Below, in pieces: positions 26,715 through 38,700 of a stretch of 64,000 nucleotides of DNA (position 1 is its first letter; every line of letters begins with the position of its first letter). Origin of the DNA: a virus; IMG/VR virus record IMGVR_UViG_3300046779_001412, positions 1 to 64,000 of that record; one strand, 5' to 3'. The notes under the pieces are model-generated. The model did no database searches, was not told the origin of the DNA, and worked only from the letters and a program-made list of their open reading frames with translations. The position numbers and the translations under genes were made by a program.

Positions 26715-29700
26715 TGGCAAAAGTTCGTTCAGTTGATTTTCTACCAGAGATCTTTCAAACCAAGACCAATAGACAGTTTCTAGGAGCAACACTGGATCAA
26801 CTGGTGCAGGAACCTGCACTGAAAAAAACTCAAGGTTTCATTGGACGGAAAATTGGTCCCGGCATAAATCCCACAGACGCCAAATACGTAGTTGAGCCCA
26901 CTGCTGAACGCACAAATTATCAATTAGAGCCTGCTGTGGCCATTAAGGTGCCAGATACGGATACTGTTATTGATGCCATAACCTATCCGGGTATTGTAGA
27001 TGCTCTACAGCAGGCTGGCGCAGACGTAACTAGTGATGACAGACTGTACAGTAGTCAGTACTATGCGTTTGATCCCTTGATTGACTATGACAAGCTTGTA
27101 AACTACAGTGAATACTATTGGTTGCCAACTGGGCCTCTGTCAGTGGATGTCACCGGTGGTACTGCTGCAATATCTCGCACCATTGAAGTCACACGCAACA
27201 ACAATTTTTATTCATTTTCTGGCCAACTGGGTCAAAACCCCACGTTGACCTTGGTGCGTGGAGGCAGTTATCGTTTTGAAATTGCGCAGAATAAAACATC
27301 CACGGTTAATCTAAGAGTAACCAATCAGACCAACAAAGCCTATGTGATTGACTATGTACTTAATCCTAACCTTACTCTTGTGCGCGGCAACACATATATT
27401 TTCACACTTAGTATTGCCGGTAATTTTCCTTTCTGGATTAAGACCATAGCCAGCACTGGTGTGGTTAATGTGTACGACAATGGTGTGACCAACAACGGAG
27501 CCAATGAGGGAACTGTGATTTTTACTGTGCCGCAAAATGCTCCGGATCTGCTGTATTACAGTAGTGAAACCAGTGCACAGATGACCGGCACGTTCTCAAT
27601 AATTGATGGGGAAGCTGGGTCAGGTCCACAGTTCTTTATACAAGCGCAACCTGGCATTGACGGACGCATGCCTACTACTCCTAATATTAGCAGCAGAGAT
27701 GTGCTGGGAGTGATCAATAACGGTGAGGATCTAGGCACAGTTACTTTCAATGTACCCAACAAAACAGCACAGAACTTTTACTACACGCTCAACGAACTTG
27801 ATCCTGTAGACTTAGTCAGTGACATACCTTATCGCGATATCAATCATGCTTATGTTGAAGATTTTTTTGCAAAATATCCTGATGGTATTGATGGCATCAC
27901 TGATCTTGATGGCAAGTACATAATCTTTAACATTAAAAGTATTGAGGGTGCAGGTCCTTTTCAAGTCACTCCCAACACTGCTGAAGCAGGTGGATGGCTT
28001 AGAGCAAGTTTTTATAGTCCCACACCCAGTGATGACGAACAACCAGGATACAACGAACGTTCTTTTAGTGAAGTGGCAGAAATTACCAGCCTTGATGAAC
28101 GCTATAGTATCTGGCAGATTAACTATGTGACTGATCAATCAGGCCGTCAGTATCTAAATGTGACATCAGCTAGAGCAGTTAATAAGCTGGAAAAATTTAG
28201 AATCCTTGAAGGCAGTCAGTATAGTAGCACTCAATGGTATCGTACCGACGACAGTTGGTTTGAACAGATTCCATTGCTTACTGCGATCTTAGATACCCTG
28301 TATTATCAAGACAGCGTGGACCCACAATTAGTAGGCGAGCTAAGTTTAATTGAACCAGAAGACGCTAGTGCCCTTAATGTCAACAATATTATTGGCGCTA
28401 AACAATATACCAGTCCCAATGGAGTAACGTTCAGCAATGGCCTAGTGGTTACTTTTAGGGGAGATATCACTCCTGTTGAATATTTAGACAACACGTACTA
28501 TGTTGAAGGGGTCGGCGAAAGCATTGTATTGGTTCCTGTGGTAGACACGATTACACCAGAATCTTACACGGAAAGTGTGAGTGTGTCATTTGACAGCACT
28601 CCCTATGATATTGGCAACTATGACGTCAGCAACAATCAGCCATTGACTCCTGACTATATCACAATCAACAGAGCCAGTCCTGATAGAAACGCATGGAGTC
28701 GTAGCAATCGTTGGTTCCACAGACAGGTCCTTGAAACCAGTGCAGAACTCAACAATAATTCTGCGTTGTTAGATCTACAAAGTCGTGCTAGACGCCCTAT
28801 AGTTGAATTTAAGTCTGGTATGAAGTTGTATAACTTTGGTACCAGCGGCAAGCGTGCAGTGGATGTGATTGACTTTACTACATTGGATGCTTTCAGTGAC
28901 GTCAACGGCACTCCATTGGGTTATGTAATAGATGGCTACAATTTAGTTGATGGCAGCCGAGTGATCTTTGCAGCAGACACCGACCTAGATGTACGCAACA
29001 AAGTTTACAGAGTGCAGGTAATCAGCCCTGACACTGTGAATCCCTTGATCAAACAGCCCATAATCAATTTGGTACCTGCAGAAGACACGGTTATTCTGTC
29101 CAATGATGTAGTGGTTTGTTTAAATGGTGTTTCCAGAAAAGGCCAAAGCTTTACATTTGACGGAGAAGTTTGGACACTCAGTCAACAAAAAACCGGCGTG
29201 AATGATCCGCCGTTGTTTGACATCTATTTGAATGATTTTAGTATTGGCAATCTTGAAAGATATCCAAGCAGTACGTTTAAAGGATCAAAGCTGTTTAGCT
29301 ATGGCATTGGATCAGGAACAAATGATCCTGTGTTGGGATTCCCTGTTGAATATGTGACAATTAACAACGTCGGCGATATTGTTTTTGTAAACAACTATTA
29401 CAAAGATACATTTTCATATGTGGTTAATCGTCAGAGTATTACTGAATCAGTAGGCAAAGGTTTTGCTAGACGATATACTTCACGCACAGAATACACAGAT
29501 CAAATTGGCTGGGCTACCGCTCCATATGCCAGCCAGACCTATCAACAATTTGAGTTCACCTATCAAGGACTGCCATTGTTGCTAGATGTCAAGGTAAATG
29601 ATCTAGTACTTGACTCAAGTCTGCCCAACCCCTATCCTGTGATAAAACTTTATATTGGTGCAACATTTCAGGATCCAGGCACGTACTCATATACAACCAC

Positions 29701-32700
29701 AGCAAATACCACCACTATCAATCTTTCCAACGGTATTGTGCAAGGTGAAAAAATTATTGTATTGATTCTCAGTGACCAGGTTAGTGCAACAGCATTTTTC
29801 CAAGTACCGGCCAATCTGCAGAACAATGCTCTCAACAGTGAAGTGAGTCAAGTAACACTGGGTACCATGCGTAGTCATTATGAAAGTATCTGTCAAAATC
29901 TAATTGATATACAGGGCACGATCAATGGCGCCAACAACAGTCGCGATCTAGGTTACATTGCTAGATATGGGTTGAATATTTTACAACAGAGCTCGCCACT
30001 GACCATGGCAGGATATTTCCTGCGTGATCCAGATTTTGATCTATTTAGGTCGTTGCAATGGAACAGCGCAGAATATGTAAAATTTAAAACACAGATTTTA
30101 GATGGTGTGGCTGCGCAGGACTGGGGTAATGCAACTCCGCCTGAGATTCTAACCGCAGTTGTGAACAACATTAATCTAGGACGCACGCAACAAAATCCAT
30201 TTTACTGGAGTGATATGCTGCCGGTGCGCACAGTGTATGACACAAATACCTATGTGTTTACTCCCATTAGTCAGACAACGTTTAATACTCTGCGAGTTTA
30301 CAATTTTACTCAAAGCAACTATCAAGGTCTATTGATCTATCTCAATGGCAGACTGCTGACTATTAACAAAGACTACACAGTCAGCGCAGACACTCCACAG
30401 GTTACAATTACCATTCCTCTGGCAGTGGGTGATCAAATTGAAATTCAAGAATACTCTAGCACTATAGGGAGTTTTGTACCTAACACTCCAACCAAGATGG
30501 GGCTGTATCCTGCGTTTCAGCCTGAGATCTACCTTGATACCACTTACAGTCAGCCGACTCCGGTCATTCTTGGGCACGACGGTAGTATCACAGTGGCATT
30601 TGACGACATTCGTGATCAGGTGCTGTTAGATTTTGAAACACGTATCTACAACAATCTCAAAGTACGTAGTATCATTCCAATTCAAGAAACAGATATCATT
30701 CCAGGACAGTTTAGAACAACAGATTATACACTGGGCGAAGTCAATGATATTCTCAGTGTTGACTTTCTGACCTGGGTTGGTACCAACAAAATTGATTATG
30801 CTGTGCAGGCATATGATGTAAACAATCAATTCAGCTACAACTATAGCCGCAGCGAAAACAGACTGGACAACGAAGTGCTGCCTGTGGGAGCCTGGCGAGG
30901 TCTGTATCTATGGTTCTATGATACCATTCGTCCTCATCAAGCACCCTGGGAGATGCTGGGCTTTACAGAACAGCCCACCTGGTGGGAAGATCAATACGGA
31001 GCAGCTCCCTATACATCCGACAACCTAGTGTTATGGGAGGATTTAGCAGCGGGCAGAGTTGCTGATCCTGCTGGCGCTTATATTTTGCCACGGTATGCTC
31101 GACCAGGTCTGTTAGATGTATTGCCAGTGAATGCCCAGGGACAGTTATTATCGCCCCTTAACTCTGTGGTTGGTATCTACGACAGACAAACCTTCCAACG
31201 AAGCTGGCGTATAGGTGACGTTGGTCCAGTGGAATATGTTTGGAGAACCAGCAGCAGCTATCCTTTTGCAATTATGCGATTGCTAGCATTAACTCGACCA
31301 GCAGAATTTTTCTCATTATTTGTTGACCGAGATCTATACAAATTCAATACCACAATTGGACAGTACCTATATGATCAAAGATCACGCTTGGTACCAGCTA
31401 ATCTTGAACTCTATGGCAGTGGTGTTAGCAAGGCTAGTTATGTAAACTGGATAGTTGACTATAACACCCACCTTGGCAACAGCAACACATCAAACACTCT
31501 AGGTAAAAATCTTGCCAACATTGATGTACGCCTGGCCTATCGTATGGCATCATTTAGTGACAAAGGTTATATCAAGGTATATCTTGAAAAGCCAAGTCCC
31601 AACAGTCTCAACACTAGTCTGTTGTTACCAGATGATAGCTATGAACTGTTTCTATACAAAAATCAATCTTTCGCTAGAGTCAAATACAGCAGTGTCATGA
31701 TTCAAAAAGTTGTTGATGGCTATCAAGTGTTTGGATATGATGTTTTAAATCCTTATTTTGAAATCTTGACCAGCAAGGTGGCAGGCCCTAAGATAACATT
31801 GTCAGCTGGTGGTAAATCAGTAGCGGTGCCAACTACCTATAGCGACACTATTGCACAGGTACCTTATGGGTACATCTTTACTAATGACAACGCTGTGTGT
31901 GATTTCTTGTTTAGCTATGGTGCATTGCTTGAACGGCAGGGCATGGTATTTGATAGCGTAGAGAACGGCCTCACACTGAATTGGCGTCAAATGGCAGATG
32001 AATTTTTGTATTGGAGTGGTCAGGGCTGGGGACCAGGTAGCGTGATTAATCTTAACCCTGCCAACACCTCTTTAATGGTTAGTCGTCTAGGGGCTGTGGT
32101 AGACAGCGTGATTGAAAGAGATACCACGACCAGTATTCAAGATCAAAACAAACGCAAAATTCTAGTTAATGATTTGATAATTGAGCGTATTGATAATGAA
32201 TTTAAAATGACTTCATTAACCGAACAAACGTTGAACTTTGCCAATCTTAATTTTACTGCGTATGAACACATTATGGTGCTGAAAAACATCAGTGTGTTTG
32301 GTGATTTAATTTATGATCCCGTCACTGCCGCTCGTCAAGGACGCATTCAATTAATAGCTGCAACTAGCACTGATTGGAACGGGCAGCTTGATGCTCAAGG
32401 TTTTATTTTAAATCAAGATAATATAGTAGATTGGCAGGCCAATGTTACATATACCAAGGGCCAGATCGTCAAGTTTAAAAATCAATACTACAGTGCCTTG
32501 ACTATAGTGCAACCTAAGCAAGAATTTGATTATGTTGACTGGACGCTGAGTGATTACAATAAGGTACAAAAAGGCCTGTTGCCTAATCTAGCCAACAAAG
32601 CTGATCTCATTCAACAGACCTATAACACTGTAGGGGCCAATCTAGAACGAGATCAAGATCTCTTGGCTTATGGCTTAATTGGTTTTAGACCAAGAGAGTA

Positions 32701-35700
32701 CATGGCCAATCTTAATCTTGGTGATGTGAGTCAGGTAAACGTTTACAAACAGTTCTTAGGCAGTAAAGGAACTAAGTTTAGTGTGGATCTTTTTGGCAAT
32801 GCTAGTTTTGATAAAGAAGTGGCTGACTACAAGATCTATGAAAATTGGGCAGTACTTAAAGGACTCTATGGTGCGCAGGCAAACCGTAGATTCTTTGACA
32901 TACGATTAAATCAAGCACAGTTGACTTCTAATCCCAGCACGGTTGAGATCATAACACCGTTTGAACAATCAAATGCTGATCAGACCATTCAGGTACAGGA
33001 TCTATGGCGGTCAAGTTGGAATGTAACCAGCCCGGACATACTGCCATCAGCAGCAGCAGCGCGGAATGATCTAAACTTGCCTACTTCTGGGTATGTAAAT
33101 CTGTCAGATGTTGACATCACAGAATTTGATATTGATAATTCTACTAACCTCAATGCCAATATTGACACCATAGGTGTTGGCACCACTGTGTGGATTGCCA
33201 AGATCAATAGTCATGACTGGAATGTATACCGTTGCAGCCCAGTGCCAGGCAAGATCAACAGCATCACCGAAAACTACAACGGCACCTGTGTGGTTGAATT
33301 CAGCCAACAACATGGACTTGATCTAAGTGACGTGGTGGTAATAAAATCATTCTCAGTCGAAGTCAACGGAGCCTATCGTGTATTAGAAGTTCCTTCTTTG
33401 ACGTCTATTGTGATTAGGTTTACCTTGCTCACAGATCAAGTTCAATTGCTAGGGCAAGGCACATGCTTGGTACTAGACACAGTTCGAGTCGCACAGCCTA
33501 GCGACATCGCTGATCTATCATACATTAATTCAGTTACCACTAACAGCTTGGTCTGGGTGGATAACGACGGTGCCGATCAATGGGAAGTTTTACAAAGAAC
33601 CGAACCGTTTGATTTTAATCAAAGACTAGAACCCTTGCGTTCGGTAAACGCATACTGGGCATCAGCAGTAGCACAGTTGGCCAATAATACCTTGATGCTG
33701 GCTTCAGCACCTGGATCAAGCACAGGCATAGTGTATCAATACGGAGTAAATCCGGCAGGCAGTTTGATTGATGGTGGTAGTTTAAGTTTAAATGCCTCCC
33801 AAGTTAGTAATTTTGGTGCTTGCTTGACCGTGGGTGATAATCTGTATGGTGCAGCTGGTGCGCCAAACAGTTTTAATGATGTTGGCTATGCTGCGGTATT
33901 AGCCTATGTGGGAGATTTAGAATCCTTTACTGTAAGTCAATTGCTGTTGGCTATAGACCAACCTGGTCCTAGCAAATTTGGCTCTAGCATGGTCATGAGC
34001 CAAGACGAACGTTGGCTGTATATAGGAGCGCCTGCGCACAACCGCGTGTATGCATACGGACAAGTCCCTGTGCCCACACAGAAAAACACCTACCCAACTG
34101 ATGGACAAACTCGTAGATATTCAACTGCACGTATTCAAATTGACAATCCACAGCAGTTATTGGTTACGGTCAGTGGTCTACCACAAAGACTCAATATTGA
34201 TTACACAGTTGGCAGTGGATTCATTGATTTTGTTGCAACGCCCAGCAAAGGACTAACAGTTGAAATCAGTCGTAGACAATCAACGCAACTTGACTTTTAT
34301 GAATACTACAATATTCTGCCAGCCACTACCACAGGTATTGGCATAGGAGCTGCATTTGACATTGATGTGGTTCGTACTCAATATTCAGCTGTGTTATCTA
34401 CCACAGGGTCAAATTACAGCGTTGGCGAAATACTAACAATTAAAGGCACGCAGATTGGCGGTTCAAGCCCTGCTGAAGACTGTGTAATCACAATCACAGA
34501 TGTAACATTTGCTGGTGCAATTGTTGATTTTACAATTAGCGGTCAGAGGTTAAACATCGTTGATCGTTTTCCTGTGCAAGAGAGTTTGTTCACTGCCACT
34601 AACATTAATTCAGTCACAGTCACAGTGAACAACGTGATTCAACGTCCCAAGATTGATTATGAATGGCTTAAGAGTGACAGTTCGTTGCCTGACAGCACAC
34701 TCAACGATTATGACATTGTGTTTGTTAATTCGCCTGCGGTGGGTGCGACCATAATGTGTTATGCCTCTACATATTATGCCTACAGTGATGTAATCACTGT
34801 AAGTGGGCTAGAATCAGACGCAGGATTTGGTTCATCAGTGTCAACTAATCGCAACGGTAGTCAACTTATTGTTGGATGCCCTAAAGAAAATGTAAACAGC
34901 ACCTTTAGATCAGGAGCAGCGTATCTATTCAACCGTGATATTGAACGTTTTATTATCACAGTAGCATCTGACAGTCCAACTACTATAAACATACCAGCTA
35001 CCCTAAGAGCTCCAACAGCGGTAAAAGTCAACAACCAGTTCTTGAACAACACTGCTCAGTATGGTACATTTGATTCCAACACTTTCACCGTGAACTATTC
35101 TGTCAGTCCAGAAAATGCAGTGAGTGTGACTATTAATCAACCATTAGCCATTGGTGATGTGCTTGACATTGAATCTAATGTGTTTAAACCAGTACAAAAA
35201 ATTGTCAGTGACACTGTGCAAGAACGTGCAGAATTTGGTCACGCTGTGCAGTTTACCTTGGATGACAGTGAAATAGCAGTGGGCACTCCTTATGACAGTG
35301 AATTCATTCCACAAGCAGGTTCAGTAAAAATGTTTGTGAATCAAGCAGCAAGTTATGGCACTATTACCAGCACCAATACTTCACCAACACTGACTGCAGG
35401 GCACACTATACAAATTAATAATCAAGAAATTGCTGTACCAGCAGCGCCCAATAACACAGTTGCAGGATTGGCCGCATATATCAACAACAGTTTTATTCCA
35501 AACGTTAGAGCTGTAGCCAACAACAGTGGCACTTTGACTATTGCAGTATTAAACAAAGACAGTACTCAACCCTATAATAGATTATTGGTTATGCCTGGCT
35601 CAACCGGAACTACATTTACTGATCTTGGGTTTAACACTCTTGAATATGTACAGACTCTCATCAGTCCTTACGCCACCGACGGAGCAAATTTTGGGTTCAC

Positions 35701-38700
35701 GTTAGCATCTTACAGTCAAGATCTAATGATAGGAGCACCAGGTGGAACACCACACATTGCTGTGACCTTTGACGGTGGGACAACTTTCTTTGATGCTGGT
35801 AGCACTACGTTCTATACTGACTTAACACAAACTGGTGTGGTATATGAATTTGATTATTTGCCGGCTGCAAATGAAAGTCTAATGAATCCAGGTAAGTTTG
35901 GATTTGGTGAGCAAATTTACTCATCAGACAGTGTGCAAAATGAAAATTTTGGTGCAAGTATTAGCCAAGCCTGGGCCTATACTCTAGTGGGATCACCCCA
36001 GGCCTTGGTAAGCACTTCCAACAATAATGGTGCAATGTCAGTGTTTATAAACGCAGATCGCACTCCAAGTTGGATTCCAAAACGTTACCAAGTGCCCGCT
36101 GTAGACATCTATAGTTTGAACAATGCGTTGTTGTATGATCGTTTACAGAGTCCTAAGACTTTATTCCTTGACTTCTTTAATCCTACTCAAGGCAAGATTC
36201 TTAGCGCAGCACGTCAAAACATAGATTTTGTAACCACATTAGATCCTGCATTTTACAACAGTGGATTAACCAGTGTGCAAGGCAACAGCTGGGGCCGTGA
36301 GCATCTAGGGCAGATCTGGTGGGATACTAGCTCTGTACGCTATCTTGATGTTGATCAAGATGATCTTGTTTATGCTAGCCGTAGATGGGGGCAGGTGTTT
36401 CCTGGCAGTGTTGTGGATATCTATCAGTGGGTTGAAAGCTCGGTGCCTCCTGCCAACTACACAGGTCCAGGAATACCATTGAATATTGTTGACTACACAG
36501 TGTTGACCAATCTAAGTGAAAACAATGTGTTTGTTTCTAACTTTTATTTCTGGGTACGAAATCTAGACACAGTGGCCTCTGATATAGGCAAGACTCTGAG
36601 CACTAGAGTATTAAGTCAGTATCTTGAAAATCCAATAGCAAGCGGTATACCTTTCCTGGCACCTTTAAATTCTAGTACATTGGCCTTTTACAACTGCCGT
36701 GACTACATCAGGGCCTATGATACTATTTGTCATATTGATTTTGATCAAACTCCCAACGACGCTAACATTCACAGTGAATTTCAACTGTTGGCTGAAAACA
36801 AAGACACAGCATTTCTAACTCCACAGCTCTATCGCAAACTGCAAGACAGTTTTGCAGGTGAAGATCAATCTGGCCTTACTGTTCCTGATCCTAGTCTGAC
36901 TGTAGCCGAACGCTATGGTGTCCAGTTTAGACCACGTCAAAGCATGTTTGTGGACAGATTTACTGCATTAGAAAACTATATCAACAGAACCAATGAGATT
37001 CTAAGTCTATATCCCATTGCCGAAAGCCGTGTGCTGTCGCTGTTAAACAGTCAAGAACCAGTACCATTGCCGCAAACCACAGTGGGTAATATTCTACAAA
37101 CCAATTGGAATCAGGAAGTCGCCAATCTAGAAGAACTTAGCTGGCAGAATATACTGATTGTGCCTGTGGGTTACAAATATTTGGTTCTCAGTGATAGTTC
37201 TAACAGCGGTCGTTGGACCATATATGAAACAGTGGTCAATCGAGGTGTATACAGTCTGCGTTTGGTGCGTGTTCAAAACTACCGCACCAATGAGTTTTGG
37301 CAGTATGTAAACTGGTATCAACCAGGATTCAATCAGGATACCACACCCAACATAGAAGTACCGAGCTATGCTGCGCTGATAGCACAACAGGCCACGGTTG
37401 GTACTGTGGCACTAGTCACTGCCAATAGTCAAGGTAAGTTTGAAATTTATCAATTGTCAGATAGTGGATGGAATCGTGTGGCTCTGCAAGATGGCACTAT
37501 ACAGATACTTGATACAATCTATGACTATGCTCTAGGAAGATTGGGGTTTGATGGTGAAGTATTTGATGCACAGTATTTTGATCAAGCACCGCAAATTGAA
37601 ACACGCAAGATTGTGCAGAGTATCAACCAAGAACTGTTTATTGATGAACTTTTAATTGAACGCAACAAGCTGTTGATACTAATGTTCAACTATATCTTCA
37701 CTGAACAACTGTCACCAGACTGGCTATTGAAAACCAGTCTAATTGATGTGCAGCATAACATTCGTGAGCTGCTGCCATATCAAACGTATCGCAGAGACAA
37801 TCAAGATTTTGTCTTGAACTATCTCAACGAAGTCAAACCATATCACGTGCAGATTAGAGAATTTAATTTGAAATACGCAGGACAAGATTTATTCAACGGT
37901 GATATTGCAGACTTTGATATACCAGCATATTTCAACACTGACTATAATGCCTACATCAGTCCCATTCTGTCTGAAACAGGTACCGAACCTAGCGATGCTG
38001 CATCAAACAACATTATTTGGCAGACTCAGCCTTATGATCAATGGTTCAATAACTACAAACTTGAACTTGAATCACTGATACTAATAAGCGGTGGATCGGG
38101 TTATACCACAGCGCCCACAGTGACCATAACCGGCATAGCCATACGAAATGCCACTGCCACAGCGGTCATTAACAGTGCAGGGCAGGTCAATGCATTGGTA
38201 ATCGCAGACCCAGGCGAAGGTTATCTCACAACGCCTGTGGTAACTATCACAGGTGGTAATGGCACCGGAGCCAAGGCCATTGCATTGTTAAACAATGGGC
38301 TAGTACGCAGTATCAAGACTACCATCAAGTACGACCGTTATCAATACAAAACAGACATACTTGAATGGCAACCAAATATCACGTTTGACAACGGGCAATT
38401 GGTACGCTATGCTGACAAAATCTGGGAGGCTGATAGCCCAGACAGCACAGGTGTAAACACCCCGGAATTCATTCCTGAAGACTGGATTCTAGTACCAGTT
38501 GATGAGCTCAGCGGTGTAGACCGTACCATGGGCTATTACGTTGCCCTAGCAGATCAACCCGGAAGAGAACTTCCTCTGTTGATATCTGGAGTAGATTATC
38601 CAGGTGTGCAGGTAAAAGGGCTGTCATTTGACCAGGATACTGGATATGCTCGTGGCCCATTTGATATGACACCTTGGGATAATCTGGGTTTCAGCGAAAG